In this document: one piece after another, positions 19,035-28,740 of the stretch | Layout: every line of letters starts with the position of its first letter | Position numbering within the stretch: position 1 is the stretch's first letter | Assembly: GCA_039588295.1 (NCBI GenBank) | Contig: JBDHAB010000006.1 | Coordinates: 161,347-225,346, forward strand | Source of the DNA: Gemmatimonadota bacterium | GTDB taxonomy: Bacteria > Gemmatimonadota > Gemmatimonadetes > Gemmatimonadales > GWC2-71-9 | Length of the DNA stretch: 64,000 bases | Reading direction: 5' to 3' | Position numbers and translations under genes: made by a program | Notes under the pieces: generated by a model | Told to the model about the DNA's origin: nothing | What the model saw: the letters and a program-made list of their open reading frames with translations, nothing else | The model's database searches: none

Positions 19035-21197
19035 ATGCTCCGTTGGACCATCCACGGGGCCGTCTCCTTGGCGTGCCTGTACGGAACTGCGGCGGCGCAG
19101 CAGGGTTCGGTGAGCGAGCCGCCACTCGTGACCCAAGTCGAGATCCTGCGCACCGAGTACGGCGTTCCGCACATCACCGCCGAGAACGTCGCCGCGCTGG
19201 GCTTTGGCCTCGCCTACTGCCAGTTGGAGGATTACGGCGAGCGGGTCGTCATGGGCCTGGTGCGCTCTCGTGGGGAGATGGCGCTCCATTTCGGGGCGGA
19301 TTCCATCGATTCCGATTTCCCGGCTCGTCTCATCCGCCGGCGTGCACTCGAGACCTATCATCTGCTCAGCCAGGATGCGCGTGATCTCTATGAAGGGTTT
19401 GCCGCAGGCGTGAATTGGTACGTCCGGCTTCATCCTGACGAGTTTCCAGGATGGCTTGCACCGACCTTCACCGGCCATGACGTGCACGGTCGCTTCATTC
19501 TCGCTCCGCGGCAGAGTGCCGTGCAGCGGTTCCTGGAGCGGCTGGAGACGGAGCGATCGGTTGGAGTGGGGCGGCCGAGCGAGGACGGCTCCAATGCCTG
19601 GGCATTCGCACCGAGTCGGACCACGTCTGGTAAGGCCATCCTGCTGCGCAACCCCCACCTGAGCTGGAACGCGGGCTATTACGAGGCGCACCTCATGGTT
19701 CCGGGCGACGTGAATTTTTACGGCGACGTGCGCATTGGCTATCCGCTGTTCTACATCGGCGGCTTCAACGAACATCTGGGCTGGGCGACCACCAACAACG
19801 GGCCGGATCTGGACGACATCATCGCGCTCGATGTGGATCCCGATCGGCCCGACCATTTCCTGTTCGATGGGGGGGGCGTTCCGCTGCAGCGCGAGCAGAT
19901 AACCGTCGAGTTCAAGAATGGTGAGGGACTGGGCCGTGAAACCCGGGAGTTCTGGCACACCTCCCTGGGTCCGGTTGTTCACCGGGGCGGCGGGAAGATC
20001 TACGTGCTGCGCTCTGCGGTAGATGGCGAGTACCGCATGGTGGATCAGTATCTGCGCATGATGCGGGCGTCGAATCTCGAGGAGTGGAAGGATGCGATGC
20101 GGATGCGAGCGCATCCGTCGTCCAACTTCACCTACGCCGACCGAGATGGAAACATCTTCTACCTCTGGAATGCGCGACTTCCCGCGCGAGGCTACGTGCC
20201 CGGTGGGGACACGTTGGCGGTGCCTGCTCACCGCACCTCCGACATCTGGACGCAGCTCGTCGCATTCGACTCGCTGCCGCAGCTCTTGAATCCCAAGGGG
20301 GGCTACCTGCACAACGAGAACGATCCGTTCTACTACACCAATCTCGACCAGCCTTTCGATACCGCCGCGTACTCGGGCAACTTCCCGCGCCCGGCGCTGG
20401 GACTGCGGAGCCAGCTCGCACTCGAACTCGTTCACCGCACACCGAGCCGGTTGAGCCTGGAAGAGGTGGTCGCCCTCAAGCACACAACCCGCATGCTGCT
20501 CGCTGACCGCGTGAAGGCGGACCTCGTGGCCGCGGTGCGGTCGACCGAACCGAACGGCGACGTGTTGTCGGCAATCGAGCTGGTCGACGCCTGGGATAAC
20601 ACGACGAGTCCTAGCTCGCGCGGTGCCGTGCTGTTCGAGACGTGGTTCCGGCGGTACCTCGTGGGCGAGGACACGCTCGACGCCGTGGCGTTCAGGGCCC
20701 GCTGGGACAGCGCGTTTACGGTGCCTTGGACCTCGGCGGAGCCGACCACCACGCCGCGGGGATTACGTGACCCCGCTCGCGCTGCAGCGGCGTTCGCCTG
20801 GGCCGTCGATGCAACGCGCGATCAGTTCGGCCACTGGGATGTGTCCTGGGGTGAGGTGCACCGAGTACGCCGCGGCGAGGTCGATGTGCCGGTCGGGGGA
20901 TGTCCCGGATGGCTCGGCTGCTTCCGCACCCTCTCGTTTGGCGACGGCGAGGACGGCAAGCGTGTGGTGAACAGGGGGGACGCGTGGATACTCGCCGTGG
21001 AGTTTGGTGATACCCCCCGTGCGTTCTCGGTGCTCGGCTACGGCCAGAGTGGCCGCGAGGACTCCCCGCATTACAGCGATCAAGCGGAGCTGTTCGCCGC
21101 GAACCGACTCAAGCCCGTGGCATTTACCGACTCCGATATCGAGGCTCGACTGATTCGCCGCTACCGGCCGGGCCGTGAGACGACGGCGGGACGCTGA
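19035..21197 (+). CDS. Penicillin/cephalosporin/AHL acylase family (Ntn hydrolase), secreted
   Basis: Signal peptide; RTEYGVPHI; catalytic Ser in DG-SNAW; LLRNPHL; GQSG..SPHYSDQ. Confidence 0.92.
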   Translation: MLRWTIHGAVSLACLYGTAAAQQGSVSEPPLVTQVEILRTEYGVPHITAENVAALGFGLAYCQLEDYGERVVMGLVRSRGEMALHFGADSIDSDFPARLIRRRALETYHLLSQDARDLYEGFAAGVNWYVRLHPDEFPGWLAPTFTGHDVHGRFILAPRQSAVQRFLERLETERSVGVGRPSEDGSNAWAFAPSRTTSGKAILLRNPHLSWNAGYYEAHLMVPGDVNFYGDVRIGYPLFYIGGFNEHLGWATTNNGPDLDDIIALDVDPDRPDHFLFDGGGVPLQREQITVEFKNGEGLGRETREFWHTSLGPVVHRGGGKIYVLRSAVDGEYRMVDQYLRMMRASNLEEWKDAMRMRAHPSSNFTYADRDGNIFYLWNARLPARGYVPGGDTLAVPAHRTSDIWTQLVAFDSLPQLLNPKGGYLHNENDPFYYTNLDQPFDTAAYSGNFPRPALGLRSQLALELVHRTPSRLSLEEVVALKHTTRMLLADRVKADLVAAVRSTEPNGDVLSAIELVDAWDNTTSPSSRGAVLFETWFRRYLVGEDTLDAVAFRARWDSAFTVPWTSAEPTTTPRGLRDPARAAAAFAWAVDATRDQFGHWDVSWGEVHRVRRGEVDVPVGGCPGWLGCFRTLSFGDGEDGKRVVNRGDAWILAVEFGDTPRAFSVLGYGQSGREDSPHYSDQAELFAANRLKPVAFTDSDIEARLIRRYRPGRETTAGR

Positions 21198-21397
21198 GCG
21201 GGTCCCGGCGGGCTAACATCTCGACCGTACGGTCGTCCCATAATGGGCGGGAAGCACCCGCCACGCACAGGCGACGGCCTACTGGCCGCGGCCGATTCAA
21301 CGTGTTAGCTGGCTGGCGCGTAATCAGGAGTACGGGACCCCCGATGGAAGAGCCGAGAGCCTGCTCATTTTCTCGGAAACTGCTAGAGGTTGAGGCC

Positions 21398-24300
21398 GTG
21401 ACGTTCGTGCAACGATTCCTTTTGCGGGTCGCATTGCTGCTTGCCGTGCTCGCGGTGTTGCCGCTCCGCCTGGCTCACGCCCAGGTCGGTGTGACCACCG
21501 ACATCCTCACGGGTGTCGTCGTTGATGAGACCGGACAACCGCTCCCCGACGTCACGATCGAGGCAATGTCGCTCGAGACGCAGATCACGCGAACGGCCAC
21601 GACGGACCGTGCGGGCCGATACACCATTCTCTTCCCGGACGGCGGCGGGCAGTATCGCATGTCTGCCCGGCTCATCGGCGCGATTCCCCAGACGGTGGTG
21701 CTGATCCGGCATGCCGACGAGGACCGGCTCATCTGGGATGTGCAGCTCCGGGATGCCACGTTCGCGCTCGATCCCGTGGTGGTGACGGGTGACTCGACAA
21801 TCCGTCGGGTCCAGATCCCCGATCGGCCGACACCGGGGACAACCCAACGGGCGTTCACGACGGGCATGATTGCCAATCTGCCCATCGATCCCGAGGATCT
21901 TGCGCTTCTCGCCGCACTCGTGCCCGGCGCAATCGTGATCGATGCCACGGACTCCACGGAAGCCGCGTTTTCCGTGGCGGGGCAGCGTCCGGACGCCAAC
22001 GTGATGACGCTGGACGGGATGACCTTCGGCTCCGGCCAGATGCCGCAGGAAGGGCTGCGCGGAACGCGCGTCGTCACGAGCACATACGACGTGTCCCGCG
22101 GCCGGTTCAGCGGCGGGATGATGGCGTCGGTTACACGAAGTGGGGCGAATGCGGTGCAGTCGGCGTTGAGCTACTCGCTGCGGGATCACACACTTGCGTT
22201 CGAGGGTGATCAGGCGACCTCGTTCACGTCCGGGTTTACGCAACACGTCCTCGGCACAGGAGTGGGCGGGCCGCTAGTGCGCAACAAGCTGTTTGCGTTT
22301 GTGTCGGGGTCTGCCAGGCTTCGCCGCGATCCCGTCGCCTCATTGATGAGCGCGACCGCAAGTGATCTGCAACGACTCGGCGTATCGCCGGATTCGGTGG
22401 ACCGGTTCATCTCCCTCGTGGACGGAAATGGTGCTGCGCCCGAGAGCCGGTTTGACGGGCGGCGCAAGAACGACCAGCTGACAGGGATGCTGCGCCTGGA
22501 CTACCTGATCTCGAACCGCCACACGCTCATGCTGCGTGGTGATCTGCGCGATGTGGAACAGGAGCCAACTCGGCTCGGTGCAACCGCCCTGCCGGAAACC
22601 AGCGGTGACAACGCGACCTCCGGAGGGGGGGTGATGGCCAGCCTCTCCTCACAGTTCGGCCAACGACTCATCAACGAGATGCGGGCCTACGCGTCGACTA
22701 ACACGCGTGCGGGAGATCCGTACTGGTATCTGCCGCAAGGACGCGTGCAGGTCGCATCGCTGCTCGAGGACGGTGCCGTCGGCATCAACACGCTCACGAT
22801 GGGTGGTAACACCTCCATGCCGACAAACTCGAGCTCGAAGTCACTCGAGGTGAGTGACGAGTTCTCGTGGTTCCCGGGTCCGGCAGCCAGCCATCGACTG
22901 AAGATCGGCGGGCTCTTCCGTGCTGAGCGAACCAGTGATTTCCGATCCACCAATCAGTGGGGGATCTTCACGTACAACGCGCTCGCGGATTTCGAGAGCG
23001 GCACGCCATCATCGTTTCGCCGGGTGCTGAATGCTCCCGACCGAACGAGTACGGCAGTCGAGTACGCGCTGTATGCTGCGGACGTGTGGATGCCGTCGCG
23101 CACCTTCCAAGTCAACTACGGACTCCGTGCCGAGGGTACGTCGTTGCGGAACCCGCCGGCGTACAATCCCGATCTCGACGCAAGTCTCGGCCTCCGAACC
23201 GACCGTCTGCCCTCCGAGTTCGACGTGAGCTCAAGGGTTGGGTTCACGTGGATGGTAGGTGGTGGGGGACTCGCCACGCCGCCAGCCCTCATCTTCCGCG
23301 GGGGCGTTGGGAAGTTCCGCAGTCCGATTTCGCTCGGCCTCGTTGCCCAGGCGCAGTCATCCACCGGCTTTTCGGATACGGAGACGCTGCTCCAATGCAC
23401 GGGCACTGCCGTCCCCGTCCCCGACTGGAGGATGTATCAGGCGGACGCCGACATGATCCCGAGCTCGTGCGCCGGTGCGCCGACCATCGTCGAGCAACGT
23501 GCGCCGACGGCGACCGTGTTTGCCCAGGATTACGCCGCTCCCAAAGCGTGGCGAGCGTCGCTCGGCGTGCAGCGAAACTTGACTACGCTGCTTCGACTCT
23601 CCGTCGACCTGGGGTACGCGAGGGGGGTCGACCAGTACGGATTCCGCGATCTCAATCTCGACACGAGCGGAGGGTTTACCCTCGGCTCCGAAGCGGACCG
23701 ACCCGTGTTCGTTCCACCGAGTTCGATCGTGCCCTCGAGGGGGACGCTGAACTCTCAGGCCGCGCGGCTCGACTCGTCCTACGCCGAGGTACTCGAGATC
23801 GGCTCCGACTTCGAGTCAGAGACGAAACAACTCAGCGTCTCGCTCAGTGGGGTCACGCGCAATGGCATCGTACTCCGCACATCGTACACATGGTCCGACG
23901 TGCGTGACCAATCTTCTCAGAGCGCGCGTTTCGGCCCCGGCCGACTGGGTGGAACGAGTACCTCCGGGAACCCGAACGAGCCCGAGTGGAGTCGAAGCGC
24001 CTACGAGCGACGGCACTCGCTCCTCGCCACCCTCAGTTATCCCTTCGGTGCGAGCCTCGATGTCACTGCGATCGGGCGGCTGAACTCGGGAACGCCATAC
24101 ACGCCGATGGTCGCGTCGGACATCAACGGTGACGGAGCGGCCAACGACCAGGCGTTCGTGCTCGATCCCGCAACGTCACCAGGAATGGCACAGCTGCTCG
24201 AGAGTGCCTCGGCGGGTGCACGCAAGTGTCTGGAAGGGCAGATCGGATCCATCGCGCAGCGGAACAGCTGCCTGGGGCCGTGGGAGGGGTCGCTGGAGTT

Positions 24301-25090
24301 CCAGATCAACTACCGGCCCAACTTTCTGGGGCTCAACCGGCGCGTGACGGTCTCCCTGACGACGATGAACCTGCTGCACGGGCTCGATCAGTTGTTCCAC
24401 GGGACGGACGGCTTGAAGGGTTGGGGGATGCAGGCTCGGCCCGATCGACGGCTGCTGTACGTCACAGGCTTCGATCCGGTTCAGCAGCGGTTCCAGTATG
24501 CCGTGAACGAGCGGTTTGGCGCCAGCGATCCCCAGACGACGGCGTTCCGGCAGCCCTTCCAAATCGGGATTCAGGTTCGGGCGAGCCTCGGTCCCGACCG
24601 CGGACGCGACGCGTTGATGGCGTTACGGGGAGGTGGGGGTGGTCGGATGGGTGGTGCCATTGGTGGACGGCCGGGTGGTGGTAGGGGGGTGGGTGGAGCC
24701 TTCGGCAGGATGACCGGTGAGGATTTCTTGGATCGGTTCCGGTCACTCCTGATGAACCCGGCGGAGTTGGCACTGGAACATGTGGACACGCTGGAGCTCA
24801 GTCGAGACCAGGTGGAGCGCCTCGTCATTCTCCGTGACTCGCTCACGATGGCGAACGACAGCCTGGCGGGGACGCTCCAAATGGAGATCGAGCAGGCGGC
24901 TGCCGATGACCCACGTGCGCTGATTGAGCTAATCCGGCCCCGCATGCAGGAAGCGCTGGAGAACGTGCGTCGGAGCCTGGAAGCGGTGCGAGGCGTTCTC
25001 ACCGAGGAACAGTGGGGCCGGCTACCCGAACGGCTCCGGAACCTCGGGAACCGACGGGGACCCGGGCGGCCCGGGCAGCGCCAGGAGTAG
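21398..25090 (+). CDS. CarboxypepD_reg-domain TonB-dependent receptor-like outer membrane protein with C-terminal helical extension
   Basis: Signal peptide (AHA-Q); GVVVDETGQPLPDVTI...TDRAGRY; plug-like GQRPDANVMTLDG, YDVSRGRFSGG; many amphipathic beta strands; DINGDG motif (Oar-like). Confidence 0.8.
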   Translation: MTFVQRFLLRVALLLAVLAVLPLRLAHAQVGVTTDILTGVVVDETGQPLPDVTIEAMSLETQITRTATTDRAGRYTILFPDGGGQYRMSARLIGAIPQTVVLIRHADEDRLIWDVQLRDATFALDPVVVTGDSTIRRVQIPDRPTPGTTQRAFTTGMIANLPIDPEDLALLAALVPGAIVIDATDSTEAAFSVAGQRPDANVMTLDGMTFGSGQMPQEGLRGTRVVTSTYDVSRGRFSGGMMASVTRSGANAVQSALSYSLRDHTLAFEGDQATSFTSGFTQHVLGTGVGGPLVRNKLFAFVSGSARLRRDPVASLMSATASDLQRLGVSPDSVDRFISLVDGNGAAPESRFDGRRKNDQLTGMLRLDYLISNRHTLMLRGDLRDVEQEPTRLGATALPETSGDNATSGGGVMASLSSQFGQRLINEMRAYASTNTRAGDPYWYLPQGRVQVASLLEDGAVGINTLTMGGNTSMPTNSSSKSLEVSDEFSWFPGPAASHRLKIGGLFRAERTSDFRSTNQWGIFTYNALADFESGTPSSFRRVLNAPDRTSTAVEYALYAADVWMPSRTFQVNYGLRAEGTSLRNPPAYNPDLDASLGLRTDRLPSEFDVSSRVGFTWMVGGGGLATPPALIFRGGVGKFRSPISLGLVAQAQSSTGFSDTETLLQCTGTAVPVPDWRMYQADADMIPSSCAGAPTIVEQRAPTATVFAQDYAAPKAWRASLGVQRNLTTLLRLSVDLGYARGVDQYGFRDLNLDTSGGFTLGSEADRPVFVPPSSIVPSRGTLNSQAARLDSSYAEVLEIGSDFESETKQLSVSLSGVTRNGIVLRTSYTWSDVRDQSSQSARFGPGRLGGTSTSGNPNEPEWSRSAYERRHSLLATLSYPFGASLDVTAIGRLNSGTPYTPMVASDINGDGAANDQAFVLDPATSPGMAQLLESASAGARKCLEGQIGSIAQRNSCLGPWEGSLEFQINYRPNFLGLNRRVTVSLTTMNLLHGLDQLFHGTDGLKGWGMQARPDRRLLYVTGFDPVQQRFQYAVNERFGASDPQTTAFRQPFQIGIQVRASLGPDRGRDALMALRGGGGGRMGGAIGGRPGGGRGVGGAFGRMTGEDFLDRFRSLLMNPAELALEHVDTLELSRDQVERLVILRDSLTMANDSLAGTLQMEIEQAAADDPRALIELIRPRMQEALENVRRSLEAVRGVLTEEQWGRLPERLRNLGNRRGPGRPGQRQE

Positions 25091-25164
25091 GATCTTGCTG
25101 GCGCGGGCGTGCGACAAACTGCGCCTTGTCGGCCGCCATGATCGGCTCCAACCCCAAAAGACAC

Positions 25165-25198
25165 GAAAGCTCCCGGAGGCACCGGGAGCTTTCTTCGT
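25165..25198. terminator. Probable bidirectional intrinsic terminator
   Basis: GAAAGCTCCCGG-AGGCA-CCGGGAGCTTTC perfect 12-bp stem between convergent genes. Confidence 0.75.
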
Positions 25199-25221
25199 CG
25201 TGCGGGAGGTGGAAGCTGCCG

Positions 25222-25632
25222 TTACGGTTTCTGCACCCGGAAATTGAGCGTGCCGGCCGTGCCGGACAGCACCACGTCGATCGACCAAATGCCCGAAGTA
25301 CCGGCCGTCGTCTGGAACGTGCCGTTCTCCTCGAGGCTCCGGCTGTACACTTCCGTGCCGTCGGCGTCCCTGATCGTGAGGGTGGCGGAGCCGCCCGAGA
25401 TGCTGGCCGACTGGTTCACGTTGGCCGACGTACCCGTGTTCTGCCAGGTGTAGTTGAGCGTCTGCGAGACGCTTTCCAGCGCTGAGACCTGCCACTGGAA
25501 GTTGTCCGTTGCGTTGGTGACCTCGAGCTGGTTCTGTGGGCCGATCAGGTTGTCGCTACAGGCAGCCAGGGCTCCCAGCGATAGACCGAGGATCACGGTC
25601 CAAAACCATCTGCGATGTATGCGAAGTGACAT
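25222..25632 (-). CDS. Small beta-rich lipoprotein, hypothetical
   Basis: Lipobox LAA-C; RBS GGAG; Thr/Ser-rich beta-sandwich-like sequence. Confidence 0.75.
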   Translation of the reverse strand: MSLRIHRRWFWTVILGLSLGALAACSDNLIGPQNQLEVTNATDNFQWQVSALESVSQTLNYTWQNTGTSANVNQSASISGGSATLTIRDADGTEVYSRSLEENGTFQTTAGTSGIWSIDVVLSGTAGTLNFRVQKP

Positions 25633-25685
25633 CTCAACTCCTTGTGTTCGAGTGATGCGCAGATCCATGTTGGGGTTGGAGAGGG

Positions 25686-25701
25686 GCAAGATCGGGGCCA
25701 G
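25686..25701 (-). promoter_or_regulatory. Putative sigma-54 promoter
   Basis: Minus strand CTGGCCCCGATCTTGC (TGG-N10-GC), about 55 nt upstream of the lipoprotein start, with an AT-rich IHF-like site at 25717-25729. Confidence 0.55.
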
Positions 25702-25778
25702 ATCGGGTATGTCGGATAAGTCGTTTTAGATCAGTGGGATACGTTGATAACCTGCGCGACTACTGCCTATGACGAAAT

Positions 25779-25810
25779 GGCGCAGAGTGCATGAGCGTGC
25801 AGTCTGCGCC
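25779..25810 (-). terminator. Hairpin downstream of anSME (probable terminator)
   Basis: GGCGCAGAGTGCATG/CGTGCAGTCTGCGCC inverted repeat, followed by ATTTC on the minus strand. Confidence 0.45.
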
Positions 25811-25832
25811 GGTTCAGCAGACCTGGACTGCC

Positions 25833-27071
25833 TTACGCCCGTGATCCGTAGTGCCGCCGTGCGAATTCCCGCATGATGCCGGCTGGTGGCTGCCCGGCAC
25901 GTAATGCGTTCGCCATGAAGCGCATTGCCGGGTCGACGTGATTGAAGAACCGACGATAGCCTTCGCAGAGGTAGTTGAGTCCTGGCTCGCCGTCGGGTGT
26001 CTCGAGGATTCGGTTCTTCGGGCACCCGCCATTGCATACGAAGCGCACCTCGCACGCCTGGCAGTACCGCGGTAACGTGTCGCGTTTTGCCTCGCCAAAC
26101 GCTGCTTGCTCGCGCGACCCGACGAGCTGGACGAGCGGGGTGTTCTGAACGTTGCCGAGCAAATGTCGAGGCTCCACGAAATGATCGCAGGAGTAGAGAT
26201 CTCCGGTGTGTTCGATCGCGAGCGCCGCGCCGCAGGTTTCCTGGAAGATGCAGAGTCCGGGTGGGTGGCCGACCCACGCGGCGAGCGCCACGTCGAACAG
26301 CTGCACGAACACGCGACCCACGTCCCGCTGTACCCACTCGTTGAAGATGGCGACCAGGAACTCCCCGTACTGCCGACCGGTGACGGAGCGGTTGGTGACG
26401 TGGTTGCCCTCCTGAAAGCCGCTGTCGTTGTCGCGCTGGACGATGGGGATGAACTGGACGAATCGCGTGTTGGCCTCGTCGCGGAGGAACCGGTAGACCT
26501 CGAGCGGGTGGCCGGCGTTTGCCGCGTGCACGGTCGTCAATACGTTGTACTCGACGCCGTGCTGCTGGAGGAGTTGGAGCCCTTTCAGTACACCCTCGAA
26601 CGTCGGTCGGCCGCCCTTGTCGACACGATACGCGTCGTGCAGTTGAGCTGGGCCGTCCAGGCTGATCCCAATCAGAAACTCGTGTTCCTTGAAGAAGCGA
26701 CACCACTCATCGTCCAGGTGCAGTCCATTAGTCTGGATCGTATTCACGGTACGCATGCCGGGTCGTTCGTACTTCCGTTGGAGTGCTATCGCCCGCTTGA
26801 AGAACTCGAGCCCCATGAGCAGGGGTTCGCCGCCCTGCCATTCGAACACGACTTCCGGCGCGGGCTGGGCTTGGATGTACTGGCGAGTGAAACTCTCCAG
26901 GACCGCTTCGTCCATCAGGAAATCAGATCCCGGGTAGAGCTTCTCTTTTGACAGATAGTAGCAGTAGGCGCAGTCGAGGTCGCAGATCGCCCCACGTGGT
27001 TTGAGCATCACGTGGAATGGAGGGACGTTCAGGAGTCGCGCCGTGTCTCGGAAGTCGTCCGCCACGTTCAC
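25833..27071 (-). CDS. Anaerobic sulfatase maturase (anSME, radical SAM-SPASM)
   Basis: KPRGAICDLDCAYCYY, WQGGEP, QTNG, SPASM cysteines CIFQETCG..YSCDH..CQACEVRFVCNGGCPK..YLC. Confidence 0.95.
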   Translation of the reverse strand: MNVADDFRDTARLLNVPPFHVMLKPRGAICDLDCAYCYYLSKEKLYPGSDFLMDEAVLESFTRQYIQAQPAPEVVFEWQGGEPLLMGLEFFKRAIALQRKYERPGMRTVNTIQTNGLHLDDEWCRFFKEHEFLIGISLDGPAQLHDAYRVDKGGRPTFEGVLKGLQLLQQHGVEYNVLTTVHAANAGHPLEVYRFLRDEANTRFVQFIPIVQRDNDSGFQEGNHVTNRSVTGRQYGEFLVAIFNEWVQRDVGRVFVQLFDVALAAWVGHPPGLCIFQETCGAALAIEHTGDLYSCDHFVEPRHLLGNVQNTPLVQLVGSREQAAFGEAKRDTLPRYCQACEVRFVCNGGCPKNRILETPDGEPGLNYLCEGYRRFFNHVDPAMRFMANALRAGQPPAGIMREFARRHYGSRA

Positions 27072-27173
27072 CTCGATGGAGTGCGGATGGGATCCAGGTG
27101 ATGCCCTCGACCTGGCATGTCAAACACCCGAGGCCTAGAATGGTGCAAGATATCACGGGATGCGAAGCTCGTT

Positions 27174-28673
27174 ATGAGCAACCGCTGGGATCGCAGGACG
27201 TTCGTGAAGCATGTGGGGTTCGGCGCCACTGCACTTACCTTGCCGGGCCTGCAGTCGTGTAGCGCACGAAGTCGCCCACCCAACATCGTGTTCCTGCTCG
27301 CGGATGATCTGGGTTATGGCGAGTTGGGGAGCTACGGACAGCGGAAGATCCGTACACCGCACCTCGATCGCTTGGCGGCGGAGGGAATGCGCTTCACCCA
27401 GCACTACTCCGGGAGCCCGGTGTGTGCGCCCGCGCGCTGCGTGCTGTTGACCGGGTTGCACACTGGCCACGCCTACATCCGGGATAACGATGAGATGCCC
27501 GAGCGAGGGGATGTGTGGCACGACCCGGCCCTGGAGGGGCAGCGGCCGTTGCCCTCAGGTACCGAAACCATCGGGACGATGTTGCAGGACGCCGGCTACC
27601 GGACGGGTGCGATCGGCAAGTGGGGCCTGGGAGGTCCTGGGAGCAGCGGTGAGCCCAATCGCCAGGGGTTCGATCACTGGTATGGGTACCTGTGCCAGCG
27701 AATCGCGCACAACTACTACCCGACGCATCTGTGGCGGAATACCGACAAGGACGTGCTCGAGGGCAACGAGTACTTCTTTCCCCACCAGCGGTTGCCCGAG
27801 GACGCCGACTCGGATGACCCCGCGTCGTATGAGCCGTACCGCGGCACGCAGTACTCGATGGATTTGATGGCCGAGGACGCGCTCGCCTTCATTCGTCGGA
27901 ATCGGGATCGCCCGTTCTTCCTGTTCGTCCCGTTCACGGTGCCTCATGTCGCCCTGCAGGTTCCCGAGGATTCGCTGGACGATTACGGTGATGCCTTTGC
28001 GGAAACGCCGTACCGTGGCGACAAGGGATATCTTCCGCACCGCACGCCGCGCGCCGCGTACGCGGCGATGATCACGCGCATGGATCGCGAGATCGGGCGG
28101 ATCATGGCACTTCTGGATGAGCTCGGTCTGGACGACGACACCATTGTGTTCTTCACGAGCGACAATGGTCCTACGTTCAACGGTGGGACAGATTCGGAGT
28201 TCTTCGAGAGTGCGGGACCATTACGGGGTTTGAAGACGACGCTGTACGAAGGAGGGATCCGCGTGCCGCTGATTGCCCGGTGGCCGGGTCGGATCGCCGC
28301 GGGATCGGTGAGCGACCACCCATCGGCATTCTGGGATTTCCTGCCAACCTTCGCCGAGCTGGCAGGTGGTGACGTGGCCCGGGAGACCGACGGGCTCTCG
28401 TTGATGCCGACGCTGACTGGTCACTCCCGGGATCAATCCCGACACGAGTACCTGTACTGGGAGTATCGGGGCGGGCAGGCAGTGCGGCTGGATAACTGGA
28501 AGGCAGTGCGTCACGGGGTGGACCGTGACATTGAGCTCTACGATCTCTCAAACGATATCGCTGAGGAGCACGACGTCTCCGGGGAGAACCCGGAGGTGGT
28601 TGCAAGGATCAGAGACATCATGCGGAACGGGCGGTCCGAGTCAGAGCTGTTCCCACTGCTGCGGGGGTCTTGA
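27174..28673 (+). CDS. Arylsulfatase (Cys-type FGly), Tat-exported
   Basis: Twin-arginine DRRTFVK; PNIVFLLADDLG; signature CAPAR..LLTG; GKWGLG; SDNG. Confidence 0.95.
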   Translation: MSNRWDRRTFVKHVGFGATALTLPGLQSCSARSRPPNIVFLLADDLGYGELGSYGQRKIRTPHLDRLAAEGMRFTQHYSGSPVCAPARCVLLTGLHTGHAYIRDNDEMPERGDVWHDPALEGQRPLPSGTETIGTMLQDAGYRTGAIGKWGLGGPGSSGEPNRQGFDHWYGYLCQRIAHNYYPTHLWRNTDKDVLEGNEYFFPHQRLPEDADSDDPASYEPYRGTQYSMDLMAEDALAFIRRNRDRPFFLFVPFTVPHVALQVPEDSLDDYGDAFAETPYRGDKGYLPHRTPRAAYAAMITRMDREIGRIMALLDELGLDDDTIVFFTSDNGPTFNGGTDSEFFESAGPLRGLKTTLYEGGIRVPLIARWPGRIAAGSVSDHPSAFWDFLPTFAELAGGDVARETDGLSLMPTLTGHSRDQSRHEYLYWEYRGGQAVRLDNWKAVRHGVDRDIELYDLSNDIAEEHDVSGENPEVVARIRDIMRNGRSESELFPLLRGS

Positions 28674-28740
28674 CCCACGCCGCTGCCTACGACTGCCCCA
28701 CGTTGCGGGCGGGGGGCGCGGCAAGGCCTCGGCTGGGCTC

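Noticed and set aside
19026..20483. Long antisense ORFs (also 32118-33452, 41223-42545, 62220-63785 and others)
   Set aside because: Shadow ORFs opposite clear genes, expected at high GC. They have no recognisable motifs.
21211..21310. attC-like pair GGCTAAC...GTTAGCT after the acylase gene, with internal palindrome CGACCGTACGGTCG
   Set aside because: L-box spacing does not fit attC geometry, only one copy is visible, and there is no integrase in the window.
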